Origin: Octopus vulgaris
Taxonomy: Eukaryota
Length of the DNA stretch: 64,000 nt
Assembly: GCA_951406725.2 (NCBI GenBank)
Contig: OX597827.1
Coordinates: 21,514,001 to 21,578,000, forward strand
Reading direction: 5' to 3'
Shown: positions 32,550 through 47,345 of the stretch, piece after piece
Position numbering within the stretch: position 1 is the stretch's first letter
Layout: every line of letters starts with the position of its first letter
Translations under genes and position numbers: made by a program
Notes under the pieces: generated by a model
Seen by the model: only the letters and a program-made list of their open reading frames with translations
The model's database searches: none
Told to the model about the DNA's origin: nothing

Positions 32550-34202
32550 ATCTATATATATAAAAGTGAAGTTGTGTGAGTGTCTGTCTCCTACGATTTA
32601 GATTCCTAACTACTCCCACATTTTGCGGTGCGGTTTAACCAAAACCGGGTATCTTATAGTCGTGATTCATATCGAGCCCTTCTGGGTATTAGCGCGCGTC
32701 TACGATGAGTCTACGATTTTTAAAATAATTTACCATAATTTTTTTCCATTTTAAAGCATATCTTTTGGGTTCTTCCAATTTTTTCGTGTGTCGATGGCGG
32801 CGGAGTTGGCGTCCATGCTCACACCTGCACCTGTGTTGCTTCTCCCCCTTCTTCCCTCCCTCGTGAAGCTGTGGGGAAGGGAGTGTAAGGAAATCAACGT
32901 CGTAAAGCGTTGTCAAGGAGACCAGCGTTCTTTTAGAACAACGACTTCATGGCTTGAAGACACCAAAACAGAAATGGCTAAGAAAGCCCGAAAGCAAATT
33001 CTACAAAATCGGGAAACACACCACACAGGGAAGGTTTCCCGTGCAAAGAATTTGCACAACCGAATGTTTTAGTTGTTGCACAACTTTTACTTAAAAAATA
33101 TTATCCAAACACAAACTTTTGAAGGCAATATTGTATGTCGATGGTACTTGTGAAATATGGTAATGGATTTAGTAGCCAAAAGGAGAGAGCAGAGGCATAG
33201 TATGGTGGTGGTGGAGGCGATGGTAGTGGCAGCGGTGGTGGCGGTGGTGCTGGTAGTGGTGATGGTGGTCGTCGTGTTTGTGGTGGTGGTGGTGTTGTTG
33301 TTGTTGGTGGTGGTGGTCATGGTGGTGGGGGTGGTGATGATGGTGGGGGTCGTGGTGGTGGTGATGATGGTGGTGGTCGTGGTGGTCTTCGTGATGGTGG
33401 TGGTGATGGTCATGGGCGTAGTGGTGATGGTGGTCATGGTGGTAGTGGTGATGGTGTTGGTCGTGGTGGTGGTGATGGTGGTGGCTGAAGCTGTCGTCTG
33501 GGTTCTTCCAATTTTTTCGTGTGTCCATGGCGGCGGAGTTGGCGTCCATGCTCACACCTGCACCTGTGTTGCTTCTCCCCCTTCTTCCCTCCCACGTGAA
33601 GCTGTGGGGAAGGGAGTGTAAGAAAATCAACGTCGTAAAGCTTTGTCAAGGAGACCAGCGTTCTTTTAGAACAACGACTTCATGGCTTGAAGTCGCCAAA
33701 ACAGAAATCGCTAAAAAAGCTGAAACAGATCCACAAAAACGGCAAAAACCGTCACACAGGGCAGGTTTCCTGTGCAAACAATTTGCACAACCGAATGTTG
33801 TAGTTGTTGCACAAATCTTTATATATAAAAGTGAAGTTGTGTGTCTGTCTCCTACGATTTAGATTCCTAACTACTCCCACATTTTGCGGTGCAGTTTAAC
33901 CAAAACCGGGTATCTTATAGTCGTGATTCATATCGAGCCCTTCTGGGTATTAGCTCGCGTCTACGATGAGTCTACGATTAAAAAAAAAAAAATTACCATC
34001 ATTTTTTCCATTTTAATGCATTTTTTCGCTATTATATAAGGGAAATAACTCTCTAAAAATGTCTACGATGAGTCAGCGATTAAAAAAAAAATTTACCATC
34101 ATTTTTTTCCATTTTTAATACATTTTTTTGCTATAACTCTCTAAAAATGCTTATATAGTTATTTCCCTTACAAACCCGAGCAACGCCGGGCGATACTGCT
34201 AT
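32550..34202 (+). mobile_element. Non-autonomous Helitron-like element with internal partial duplication and (GGT)n tract
   Basis: 5' atctatatatataaaagtgaag (repeated at ~33815); 3' hairpin cccgagcaacgccggg followed by atactgcta; 32765-33085 duplicated at 33497-33815. Confidence 0.75.
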
Positions 34203-34877
34203 TATGTCATAAATAACAGGGACAATTTCATATGACACCGGAAAAAATTGTTGTTGACACATTACGGCAGAAATCGTTTTCGCCTCAATAGACGTCATTG
34301 ATTGGTTGAAATTGCCGAAATGCAAGAAATTAAAGACCAAATATCTTACAAACTACAGAATTTTCTCAAGAATGCCAAGAGAAAAAGATGTTTTATCAAC
34401 ACATTCTACCAGTATACGAAGTTAAAAAATTTTTAGTTACAGAGAAATTATTTTAAAAATCTGCCGGTCAAAGCGAAAAGATTCGAATTTTCGATCTAAT
34501 GCAGTCTACACTCTCTCGAAAATGTATTTCTGCAAAATGTTATCTAAAGAAAGAAATAGCCAAAAATATTTGAAAATGGGAGTGGAGTGAAATTTCCGAG
34601 GGTTCCACCCCCATCCCACCCCACCGCGTTTTCCGGATCCCCAAAAGGGTTTTGTAGCATATTCGTAGGTCACCGCAATTCAGTCAACGAAAAAAATTTA
34701 CATTGATTCCGGGAGAGGTGTCCGGATCCCCTACTCCCTGCCCACCCCACCCACTTTTTTCCGAACAAAAATTAGGAGTTTGCAGCATATTAGGAAGTCA
34801 GGGTACTTGATTCCACGCAAAAAATCCGAGTGTATTTTTTTTTCTTAGTGAAAATCATGCGGGTGAAACGACCAAAT

Positions 34878-35935
34878 AATATCCTGACTAACGGAACATG
34901 TAAATCGTACATTCGGGCCCAGTTTGTATTATCAGGTTTTCGCTAAATTGAAGGGGACAGTTTACTCTAAAATGCAGAGATTTATGATATGTTGCAGTAT
35001 TTCCTTGTGAAATCTGTTCTGTCTTTAGTGGTTACCCGTAATGAAACCGAGCAAGGTGCGACGAGTCTCTCTCCTTCCTTCTTAAAACTTGGTTGTTATC
35101 TTATATCTCTCTCTAATGTTGTGCTTCATAGAATAAAGAAGAATAATACTCGGAAACGAGAGAAGTTATGTAGTAATATATAACTGTGCATCGTCAAAAA
35201 CCTTGAAACTTTCCGCAGCAAATATAAACTTCAACTGGGTCCAACTGCCAGCCTAATTCATATGAAACACAACGAATAACTCCATGAATTTAGGTGGGGA
35301 TTTAGAAACAGAGCTCTGATAATTTGGTTAATAATTTCAAAATACTCTCCTTTCTCTATTCAGTAAATATAGGTTGTTGTCAGTGTTATTGTTGTGAACA
35401 AATAAAAATAAAACTCGTTCTTAACAACGGAAGCGATGTTGTTAATTTCACTTTCATTATTACAATGGCTGCGAGTTGTCCGTCTGTCGGTTACTGGACC
35501 AACGTGAAAGGCTTGCTTTTAGATATAACAGGAGTTCTTTATGAAAGACATGGAAGCGAGGGTTGTGTCATTGAAGGTTCGGTTGAGGCTATACAAAGGT
35601 ATTTCTCGCTATTTACTAGAATTATTTATGATTTGCATAGGTGACGATGTAGTAAAGACATCGATATCCAAAACTCATCCACAGCTCATCCCGTTATCAT
35701 CATCATCATCATCATCATCGTCATCTTTATCGGTGTCATCATTATCATTATGTTGTTATAGTTAATAGGGTGACGAAATGCTTTTCTGAGTTCAAATTCC
35801 GACGAGGTCGGCTTTGCCTTTCATCCCTTCGGGGTCGATAAATTAAGTACCAGTTGAATACTGGAGTCAATGTAATCGACTTAACGCGAAATTGCTGGCC
35901 TTGTATCAGTATCTAAAATCAATATTATAATTAAT

Positions 35936-35985
<50 letters not shown>

Positions 35986-36096
35986 CACAAAATGCTAAAA
36001 ATCGGGCGAGTGCACAAAGTGAAAGAGAATACAGGTTTTATTATTATCATCATCATCATCATCATCATTATTATTATTATTTTAATTATTATTTTA

Positions 36097-36156
<60 letters not shown>

Positions 36157-36617
36157 TTCGTTTATTTATTTTGCGTAATTGTAAACCCCTGAGGTTTAAA
36201 ACATGGAAATAGGATGGACTGATTCTAATTTCAAGATAACACTATTATTGCAAAACAACAACAACTATTGTTGTTGTTGTTGCTGTTGCTGCTGCTGTTG
36301 TTAAGCAACAAGACGGGTAAGGGTGATTAGGTGATGGTCTAGGGCTTAGGGGCGGGAGACCCCAGACCTTGGGGGAAAAAAAACTTTGGTCGTCTTGTAG
36401 TTGAGGGCTCTTCGTTGACGCCCGACACCACTGGGAAGTGGCCCTCGAAGTCGCTGGAAATGGAGATCTCCAGGTCCAAATTCTTGAACGGCTGCTGCTG
36501 CTGTCCTTAGTTTGTTCTTATCCAGGCTCAGTATTGTTGTTGTTGTTGTTATTGTTGCAACAATTGTAACACAATTTTTAAAATTTGATCCACTCCACTC
36601 GATTTCCATGTTTAAAA
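34878..36617 (+). repeat. Tandem duplication unit A (LHPP promoter + exon 1 + proximal intron)
   Basis: Near-identical to 36667-38465. Confidence 0.92.
35465..35598 (+). CDS. LHPP: LHPP exon 1, copy A (MAASCPSVGYWTNVKGLLLDITGVLYERHGSEGCVIEGSVEAIQ|R)
   Basis: HAD motif I LLDITGVLY and GSVEA as in LHPP (LLDISGVLY...GSVEAVARL); donor AG|gtattt, phase 2. Confidence 0.75.
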
Positions 36618-37253
36618 CCAACGTGGTTATTGGCTTCGGTGTCTTTAATGAAGACATTTGTTTGTAAATATCCTGACTAACGGAACATGTAAATCGTACA
36701 TTCGGGCCCAGTTTGTATTATCAGGTTTTCGCTAAATTGAAGGGGACAGTTTACTCCAAAATGCAGAGATGTATGACATGTTGCAGTATTTCCTTGTGAA
36801 ATCTGTTCTGTCTTTCGTGGTTACCCGTAATGAAACCGAGCAAGGTGCGACGAGTCTCTCTCCTTCCTTCTTAAAACTTGGTTGTTATCTTATATCTCTC
36901 TCTAATGTTGTGCTTCATAGAATAAAGAAGAATAATACTCGGAAACGAGAGAAGTTATGTTGTAATATATAACTGTGCATCGTCAAAAACCTTGAAACTT
37001 TCCGCAGCAAATATAAACTTCAACTGGGTCCAACTGCCAGCTTAATTCATATGAAACACAACGAATAACTCCATGAATTTAGGTGGGGATTTAGAAACAG
37101 AGCTCTGATAATTTGGTTAATAATTTCAAAATACTCTCCTTTCTCTATTCAGTAAATATAGGTTGTTGTCAGTGTTATTGTTGTGAACAAATAAAAATAA
37201 AACTCGTTCCTAACAACGGAAGCGATGTTGTTAATTTCACTTTCATTATTACA

Positions 37254-37387
37254 ATGGCTGCGAATTGTCCGTCTGTCGGTTACTGGACCAACGTGAAAGG
37301 CTTGCTTTTAGATATAACAGGAGTTCTTTATGAAAGAAATGGAAGCGAGGGTTGTGTCATTGAAGGTTCGGTTGAGGCTATACAAAG
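37254..37387 (+). CDS. LHPP: LHPP exon 1, copy B (MAANCPSVG...LYERNGSEGCVI...)
   Basis: 134-nt intact exon, same donor and phase as copies A and C. Confidence 0.75.
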
Positions 37388-37748
37388 GTATTTCTCGCTA
37401 TTTACTAGAATTATTTATGATTTGCATGGGTGACGATGTAGTAAAGACATCGATATCCAAAACTCATCCACAGCCCATCCCGTTATCATCATCATCATCA
37501 TCATCGTCATCTTTATCGGTGTCATCATTATCATTATGTTGTTATAGTTAATAGGGTGACCAGCTGGCAGAGTCGTTAGCACGCTGGACGAAATGCGTTT
37601 CTGAGTTCAAATTCCGACGAGGTCTGCTTTGCCTTTCATCCCTTCGGGGTCGATAAATTAAGTACCAGTTGAATACTGGAGTCAATGTAATCGACAACGC
37701 GAAATTGCTGGCCTTGTATCATTATCTAAAATCAATATTATAATTAAT

Positions 37749-37787
<39 letters not shown>

Positions 37788-37805
37788 TTCACAAAATGTT
37801 AAAAA

Positions 37806-38552
<747 letters not shown>

Positions 38553-39049
38553 CTTTTGAATTTTTGCGATTTAAAAATAAAATTATATTTTAAACACAAG
38601 AAATTACAACACAGAAACAACAAAAAGAAGTCAAAATTCACTTCTTTATCCCAACCACCACCACCGCCACCACCACCACCACCACACACAAACCTTAATT
38701 CCAGTAACCTTTTTTTAATAGTCTTTGGACTTTTGTGTTTTGAACTCCAGATATCAGGAATTTGCAAAATGGTTAAAGAGAGAAAAGCAGGTCCAGGAGA
38801 AGGGTTAACATGATATAACTGGTCAGGTAGTTACCATTGGTTTCACGCCTACTATTGCACTTGGCTATATAGGTGACTCTCCAAGTACAACGGTCGACGT
38901 GAAACCATTGGTAACTAGTTGACCAACCATGACTGACGATATACAATTTGACCACATAAAATATAGCTGCTCAAAATTTTCTTTTCGAGCGTGTCCTTCT
39001 CTTCAGACATGGACTATTCACCTATTATGTGCATGTGCGTGTGAATACA

Positions 39050-39121
<72 letters not shown>

Positions 39122-39811
39122 AAACGAAAGAAGTGTGTGTACAGGCCTTTTTTCTTGATACCCCTTAAAATCTATATTTTTCATCCGATTTCGTTCATGC
39201 TGGGAACATACATCACCTACCTTCTAGAGATGGTCACAGACTCTTCAAACTTTCTACATAATTAGTAATGCCATTATGGAGACGAAAATACCTTCTCAAA
39301 GGTAAATAACAAATACCAACGACCATTGCTTCAAGGGACATTACTCTTGATGACGTAGTTATACTGCTTTCACTTCGTCTCCTACTACAGTTTTTACAAT
39401 GCCCATTCCCTGCAAAGCGCCGGTATTTTCACATTAGCACTTCCCTGGGGGTAGCCATGTAGTTTAAATCAACTTTTAATTATTTTTTAAGTGCCTTCAG
39501 AAATTAATCCATGTTATATATTCTCTGCTTTTGCTCATACCAAGTTGTGACAATTATAGTTTTTACAATGCCCATTCACTGCAAACTGCAGATATTTGCA
39601 CGTTAGCATTTCCTTGGGGTAGCCATGCAATTTAAATCAACTTTTAATTATTTTTTAAATGCTTTATGACAATGTTTAGCCACAATGCCCTAAGGTTCAG
39701 ACGTCTCAACCCTTCCCAAGGCCATTATTACAATTTTCCGAACCCACTTAGCAAACAATACTACAACAAACATCATTCAGGCATTCGACTTAACCCTGCT
39801 CTAACTCGCCA

Positions 39812-39962
39812 AAAGTTGTCGGATTGGACCTTCGAACGTCATGCTTTTCACATTGACAGTTCTACGTCGATTGTTACAGAGTTGGCCATCCAGACAGCTT
39901 ATTCATCTAAGCTCCTGAAGGGAAAACCAAAAAATGTCATCTACAAAGCAGCGCTACAGTAG
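39812..39962 (+). mobile_element. Helitron Pif1-helicase C-terminal remnant
   Basis: Manual translation KVVGLDLRTSCFSH*QFYVDCYRVGHPDSLFI*APEGKTK/NVIYKAALQ* matches the Helitron 'VGLDL..PCFSHGQLYVA.SRV...TKNVVY' end. Confidence 0.8.
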
Positions 39963-40243
39963 TTACTCCTCTACTGCAATCTTCACATCTGCGCCAAACT
40001 GTAGCCATTAGCAATCAGACTTCCTACAAGCATTTCATTGATATTTTGCTGTGTGGATACTATCCACATTTACCTGGTGTGTTTCTCCTTTTAAATGCTC
40101 TATTTCTGAAATTTATTGTTTCCAGTGTATATAGGTCCTAACTCTGTCGTGTCTATGACTATATTCCTTCTTAGCCAGGACTGGAAAGCCAGAGACAATG
40201 TGATTTATTGTTCCTTGTCCATCTCATCATATTCTGCAGTTGC

Positions 40244-40284
<41 letters not shown>

Positions 40285-41215
40285 GTTGTTGTTGTTATTA
40301 AGGGAGCGAACTGAGAGAATCGCTAGCGCGCTGGACGAAATGCTTAGCGGTATTTCACTCGTCATTTCGTTCTTAGTCGAGGTCGATTTTGCCTTTCATC
40401 CTTTTGGGGTGGATAAATTAATTATCAGTCAAGTCCTGGGGACGAAGTAATCGACGCATCCCCCTCCCCTCAAATTCTAGGCCCTGTGCTTATAGTAGAG
40501 AGGGTTATCACTATATAAATATTTAAAAAAAAAAACGTGTAATTAAAGGGACGTAACTTGTTAAGATTAAGGGAGGCAATTCCCAACGTGGTTATTGGCT
40601 TCGGTGACTTTAATGAAGACATTTGTTTGTAAATATCCTGACTAATGGAACATGTAAATCGTACATTCGGGCCCAGTTTGTATTATGAGGTTTTCGCTAA
40701 ATTGAAGGGGACAGTTTACTCCAAAATGCAGAGATTTATGACATGTTGCAGTATTTCCTTGTGAAATCTGTTCTGTCTTTCGTGGTTACCCGTAATGAAA
40801 CCGAGCAAGGTGCGACGAGTCTCTCTCTTTTCTTCTTAAAACTTGGTTGTTATCTTATATCTCTCTCTAATGTTGTGCTTCATAGAATAAAGATGAATAA
40901 TACTCGGAAATGAGAGAAGTTATGTTGTAATATATAACTGTGCATCGTCAAAAACCTTGAAACTTTCCGCAGCAAATATAAACTTCAACTGGGTCCAACT
41001 GCCAGCTTAATTCATATGAAACACAACGAATAACTCCATGAATTTAGTTGGGGATTTAGAAACAGAGCTCTGATAATTTGGTTACTAATTTCAAAATACT
41101 CTCCTTTCTCTATTCAGTAAATATAGGTTGTTAGTGTTATTGTTGTGAACAAATAAAAATAAAACTCGTTCCTAACAACGGAAGCGATGTTGTTAATTTC
41201 ACTTTCACTACGACA

Positions 41216-41349
41216 ATGGCTGTAACTTGTCGGGCTGTCGGTTACTGGACCAACGTGAAAGGCTTGCTTTTAGATATAACAGGAGTTCTTTATGAAAGTA
41301 CAAACACCGGGGGCTGTGCTATTGAAGGTTCTGTTGAGGCTATACAAAG
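41216..41349 (+). CDS. LHPP: LHPP exon 1, copy C (MAVTCRAVGYWTNVKGLLLDITGVLYESTNTGGCAIEGSVEAIQ|R)
   Basis: Intact 134-nt exon with the same donor; nearest to exon 2 and most like the vertebrate loop (YDSGAGGGTAI). Confidence 0.85.
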
Positions 41350-41718
41350 GTATTTCTCGTTATTCACAAGGATTATTTATTATTTGCATGGGTGACGATG
41401 TAGTAAAGACATCGATATGATGGGGGAAATCTCTGTTGTCCAATTCTTTTCTGTCTGTGCTAAAAAGAACAAAAAAGTCTAAATTCCTCTTTTGTCCTAA
41501 TTTGCGATGTATAAGTTCATGATTTCAGTCTTCTACACCACATTTGCTTGCATTGGATGTACTTGTGTGTCAATTAAAACATTGTTTTCATCATCACCAT
41601 CATCATCATTATTATTATCGTCATCATCGTTATTATTATCATAATATTTTAATTAAGGCAATAATAATAATAATTAATTCTTTTATTGGCCACAAGGGCT
41701 TGTAATAATAATAATAAT

Positions 41719-41991
41719 GCACATTCCTTCGCTATAACTCGACAAAATCAAAACATTTCACTTCGGGTATTTCCGTGGGTTGTGGAGTAGAGATATAACG
41801 AAATTATGCCAGCAATGTCTCGTTTTAAATTTGAAGAAAAAAAGCCTTGCACATTTGTTCTAACCTGTTTCATGTGTGTATGTAAAATCCGCAAATTTCC
41901 AAGCAGAAAACAGAATCGAACTGTCATTTGCTGCTACGGAAATACCCGAAGTGAAATGTTTTGATTTTGTCGAGTTATATCGAAAGAATGC
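41719..41991. mobile_element. MITE with ~55-bp terminal inverted repeats
   Basis: tataactcgacaaaatcaaaacatttcacttcgggtatttccgt ... acggaaatacccgaagtgaaatgttttgattttgtcgagttata; flanked by (TAA)n. Confidence 0.85.
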
Positions 41992-42043
41992 CTAATAATA
42001 ATAATAAGGCGAAGTTTCGCATGTCGTAGCGCAGATTTCCGTC

Positions 42044-42850
42044 GATTTCCGTAAAAAACTTTTATTTTTTTACATAAGTAATGAGAGCGAAAGAGACTAA
42101 GAGGAAGCGATTTTATGACGAGAAGGTTTCACTTTGAAATCGGCCTGTGTGTGTTTGATGGGGTGTGGGAGACAGACAGTATGTTGTGTAAGTGAAGTGC
42201 TTCTGTTAGTGTGTGTGAAGAGACAGAGAGAGTAATGTGTGAAAGAGAGAGCTAACTGATTTTTTACTCGGTGTATGTGTATATGTATGTATGCATGTAT
42301 GTGTATATGTATGTATGCATGTATCTATGTATGTGTGTGTGTGTAAGTATGTGTGTGTGTATGTATGTATGTATGGCCGATTCATCGTAATTTTTTACTC
42401 GGTGTATGTGTATATGTATGTCTGCATGTATGTGTGTGTGTGTATGTATCTATGTATGTGTGTATGTATGTATGGTCGATTCAGTGTAATTTTTTACTCG
42501 GTGTATGTGTATATGTATGTCTGCATGTATGTGTGTGTGTGTATGTATCTATGTGTGTGTGTGTGTGTGTAAGTATGTGTGTGTGTATGTATGTATGTAT
42601 GTATGTGTGTATGTATCTATGTATGTGTGTGTGTGTATGTATGTACTCGGTGTATGTGTATATGTATGTCTGTCTCTTCGCACACACTAACAGAAGCACT
42701 TCACTTACACAACATACTGTCTGTCTCCCACACCCCATCAAACACACACAGGCCGACTTCAAAGTGAAACCTCGTCGTAAAATCGCTTCCTCTTAGTCTC
42801 TTTCGCTCTCATTACTTATGTAAAAAAATAAAAGTTTTTTACGGAAATCT
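42044..42850. mobile_element. Foldback element with ~185-bp inverted arms and (GT/AT) microsatellite interior
   Basis: 42044-42228 is the near-perfect reverse complement of 42668-42850. Confidence 0.88.
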
Positions 42851-42949
42851 GTGCTACTACAACCGAAACTATGCCAATAATAATAATAAGGATAATAATA
42901 ATGGATCTTTTCGGTTTGATAATAATAATAATAATAATAATAATAATTC

Positions 42950-45900
42950 GTTCGTTTATTGGCCACAAGGGCTAACAAAAATCAAAACATAAAGGGACAA
43001 AACACAGGGCAAAAGTTACAAAGGGTTTTGTCCGTTTGAAAAAGTCTGTGTACAAAAGCAGGATAACAACGAAATATAAGTAACAATTAAGACTCCCAAT
43101 AGGGGGAGGCGCTTCGAAAGGTTACTCGTGGAAAAACCCATAAAAGTCACGGGAGCCTGGTCAAAATGTGGGTAGAGAGCCCCTTTCTCCTTTTATATTT
43201 CCTTTTAATTTTCACAGGTGTATCCTCAGAATTGGTCCGTTCATACTGACCATTCTTGCGACATTCACCCACCTTTCAATAAACTTGCTATCGGACATCA
43301 CTTCCCTCTCTACTCTCATCTTCCTTTTCAAGTGAAACTTGAAAAAGTTGATGAGGCCTTGGCCAAAGAGGAAAGTGTCTGACCTTAGCCCTTTCAAACG
43401 GGTCCACCATATCACCTCTTTCGCTACAGCCACTAAGCAAAGGAAAACTGCCTTGCCCCCCTGGTTAAAGGAGGTCGGCAGGGCAATCCTCACTATGGAT
43501 TCAGCTGATAGCCGGATCCATTCTATACGCGACAGTAGCTGTTCGACATAAACCCATAGTTCAGCAATACTTGGGCACTGGACAAGTGCGTGCAGAACGG
43601 TTTCGTCGTCCTGGGCGCACCTCGGGCAGGCCCGTCTGACGGCACCTCCGTGCCGGTAGAGTTTATCCCGTACAGGCAGAGCCCCTCGGTAGCACTGCCA
43701 GGCGAGGGACCTTTGGAAATTATCCATTGGCCCCGGCTCGAAAGTTCTCCCGAACAGACTGTTTAGCTCGTTATCATCAACGCCTAGAGTTACCCCGAGA
43801 ACATCGTCGCACTTTTCTTCCACTAACCCTCTATAGAACGCTAGAGTGGAACCACTACCGATCGCATTGCCCACCTGGTGGAGGGCGGAGAGAGCTTGAC
43901 GGCACTCAAGATGCCAAGCGCCCTTTCTCAGTCTGCGTTTGATCCAAGACTGCAACTCTGTCAAAGAGACGAGATGCGGAAAGTCGTGTCTGACAAAAGA
44001 TGACCACACCTGTTCACTGTCTAGGAAACACTTAGTTAGGGTTAGGGTTAGGGTTAGAGATGCCATAGCCTGAGCGCATATCTGCGCATCAGTAACCACG
44101 GCATGCCAAGGCCTCCGTTCAGCGGTCATTGACAGCAGATGGATTGTTTGACCAGTGGTACCTGACTCTTCCACAAGAAGTCGAAGAGCAAGCGCACCAG
44201 CTTGGCCAACCAGCGGTAATAGATGACAGATGCGATGTACGTATTTGCCACCTCCGCTCGACCTTTCAGGGACAGCTTCCTCTTGGCCCATTTCTGGGTG
44301 AGATTGGCCACCCTGTTCGTCACCTCTTCCCAGTTTTTATCCACCTGGAAGTCTGGACTGAACCAGACGCCGAGCAGTTTAATGGGTCCGTCTGTCCAGC
44401 ACCCTACGACACTGTTGGACGGCATGGACTTGCCTCTCCAGGTGCCCAGTTGCAAGCCCACCGACTTTTCCGCATTAATCTTTGCATCTGTGACCGCTTT
44501 GTACTCATTTAGTGTCTTGCCAATCAGGTCAATGTGCCTGTGGCTTGACACCATCATGGTGACGTTGTCGGCGTAGGCAGACACGCTGTTTCCACCTCCT
44601 AGATCATGCGGGATACCCCTCAAAGCCTCCAACTTGTGCAGTAATGGCTCGAGAGTCAATACGTACAAGAGGGAGGAGACAGGGCATCCTTGGCGAACCA
44701 AATGTGAGATGTTAAACGGCTCCGAAAGGTGACCATTCACTCGTATCACCGAGCAGATGTTGCTGTACAAAGCTGCGATCCACCCGTGGAAGACTGGACT
44801 GAAACTGGCTGCTTTGAGAACAGCTGCCAGGTATCGATGGTCGACCCTATCGAAGGCTTTACTCTGATCTAAATTGATAAAAGCCCCACTTGCGCCAGTG
44901 TCGTTACCCACCCTCTCTATGATGTAGTGTATGAGATGGAGATTATCGTGTATCAACATGGTCGGCATGGCGCATGTCTGCGCCTTGTCAATCAGCTTGT
45001 CCAGGACAAGCGCCAATCTCTTGGCTAGCACCTTGGCCAAAATCTTCAACTCTGCATTGAGCAGAGTGATGGGCCTAAAGTTCCCTATGACGTCCCCCTT
45101 GTTTGGGTCCTTTCTCAGCAAAGCCACCACCCCTCGACAAACAAAAGCAGGAATTCTCATTTTGTTGCCAGTTGCAGTAGACGTTTGCCAAGAGGCCCGC
45201 AAACAAGTCTGGCATTGAAGTGTAAAGCTCGTAGGGTAGACCATCCAAACCCGGCGATCTGCCTCTTGTGCAGCTCTTCATTGCTTCCTCCACTTCCCAG
45301 GCAGATATCGGTCTTTCGCAGCTCTCCGCCTCGCTGTCCGAGAGTTGCGGTAGGCCATCCAGGTACACACCGAAGTCTGTCCCGTTGTCTGTCCCAAACA
45401 GTTGAGCAAAGTGCTGCTGAAACACCGCACACATCTGCTTCAGTTTGGAAACCTCGCGCGTTCTGGTCCACTCTACGCCTCCACCACGCGGGCCCATCAA
45501 GTGGCCTTAGTTCCCTCCCTGCTTAGCGAACGCGCCTTAGCTCTGACAACGCAGCCTTCGTGTTTAGTGTCAAAGTGTTGGTCGAGGGCCTACCTAGCCG
45601 CCAACACGTCGGTTGCAATGCCTGTCTCAAGAGCCTCGTCTAGTTTTCTAACTAAATCCCGCTCTGTTTTCCTACATTCTACAGCTAGAGCCTTACTAAA
45701 CCTAATCAACTCTGCTCTAATTGCTCTCTTGAGAGCAAACCACCAGTTGTTCTTGATGATTGCCCCCGTGAGCGCCCATTTAACTAATAAACTAATCCGG
45801 TCTCTGTAGGCTTTGCATGCTGTTAACGACTCATTCAGCTTCCAGTAGCCGGGTCCCTGTCTATGTAGCCTATCTAAGTCGACTGTACAGATCACGAATT

Positions 45901-47345
45901 TATGGTCCGTGTAGTTGACTAGGTGGAATTGTACGATCTAGACGACCCGATGCGATTAGTCCAAGTCCATATTGGCACATTCGGGTTGTCTAGTCGAAAC
46001 CTGTCGGACAGCTGAAAGCACCTGAGCAGGTTGGTGAGGCTCTTGCACCCCCCTCTCCTATTAGATGCTCCCGTGCCCACCCGGTCAAAATGTTCATCTA
46101 AGACAGAGTTCCAATCCCCAACTAGCACTAGAGTGCGTGATGTTCCCAAGAAAACTTCCAGACGCTTGAAATAATCGGACTGCCCTGCTCCTGTCGGAGT
46201 GTAGGCAGCCAGCAGTCTGAAAGCACCACCGTCACTACCGTCTATGTCGAGGACCACCAACTTACCTTCTGGATCCAGGAAGACTGTCCTTATTTTCAAA
46301 TCCAGGCCCTTCCGAAACAAAACCGCAGTACCACCACCGCCCGCTCCTGGCCGACACAGAAATAGAAAAATCTCGTATCTGCCGAAAAGGGCCGTGAGTT
46401 CCTGCGGGTCTGAGAGCCTGGTTTCACTAATGGCTGCTACATCCACTCTATGAGACCTCAGGTCGTTTAACAGGTGACCCTGTTTTCAAGGTGACCCGAG
46501 GCCTCTTACATTTATGCTACTGATTCTGAGTTTTGCCATGTCTTAAAGGTTAAGGAGAAAAAGGCTCTTCTTACTGTTGTTGTTTGGTGGGGAGGCCCCC
46601 TTGTGCTTTTGCACAGGTGTTTCCACCAGGTTTTTGTAGAGATTTTTGGAGAAATTTCTCCCTAGCAACCCAACATCGTTTGGGAATTTCTCCTTGATTT
46701 TATTATAATTGTCTTGTATGATTTTAATTGTAAGCATGTGTGCTGGTGGTGTGTTGTGTGTGGGTATAATAAAATCTGACATTTTTGTGTCTGTGATGTT
46801 TTTCAGGTATGTTACTAACTGTTCATTGTTCATGTTTATTGCTGTAACGGTGTTGGTGGTGTCTGTGTGTGTTGGTGTGTGTAGCAGTACTTGTGGAGAA
46901 GATGTTGTTAATTGTTGTTGTTGTGAGTGCATGTTGTTGCTGTTGATGTTGGGAAGCTCTGATTGCTCGCGCCTCCCCAGTGTGTCATGTGTTTCTTTTT
47001 GTTTCTTTCTTCTTTTCTTTTTCGGTGGCGCTGTGTGCCACTCCCCTTTCTCGCTATCAGTGCCCGCACAATCTGAGCTGATTTGGTCTGGAAAGGGGAC
47101 ATTTGTTGGGTCTGTTTCCACAGTTTGTCAAAATGGTGTTACATCTGTTGGAAATGGTGCTGTTATAGTTGTTGGTGTTGGTGACGGTGCCGGTGCCAGT
47201 GTTTCTTTTTGGGTGGTCTTTCTTGGTGTTGGTGATGGTTTTGTGGTGGTTGGAGGTGGTGTTGCTCTTCGTGGTGGTGGTGATGGTGTTGGTGGTGCAG
47301 AAACTCTTGGTGTCGAAACTTGTTGTTGTTGTTGCTGCTGCTGTT
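42950..47345 (-). mobile_element. Tx1/L1-clade LINE, degraded
   Basis: ORF1 remnant (46543-47340); ORF2 starts MAKLRISSINVRGL at 46539, with EN (ISETRL, GDWN, GPGYWKLN), RT (NFRPITLLN, RQGCP, AYADN) and C-terminal CPRC..DETVLH..C ending at 43212; several frameshifts. Confidence 0.9.

Larger units (their letters stand above)
32042..34485. mobile_element. Non-autonomous TIR DNA element with nested insertions
   Basis: Left ggattttttcgctttgaccgacagatttt and right aaaatctgccggtcaaagcgaaaagattc are inverted; related to 48526-48957. Confidence 0.7.

Noticed and set aside
33087-33649. His-rich, Thr-rich and Val-rich ORFs
   Set aside because: Arise from a (GGT)n low-complexity tract within a Helitron-like repeat.
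35324-35464. N-terminal extensions of the 106-aa ORFs at 35324 and 37113
   Set aside because: They start at TTG upstream of the real ATG, read through the splice donor, and are disrupted by indels in copy C.
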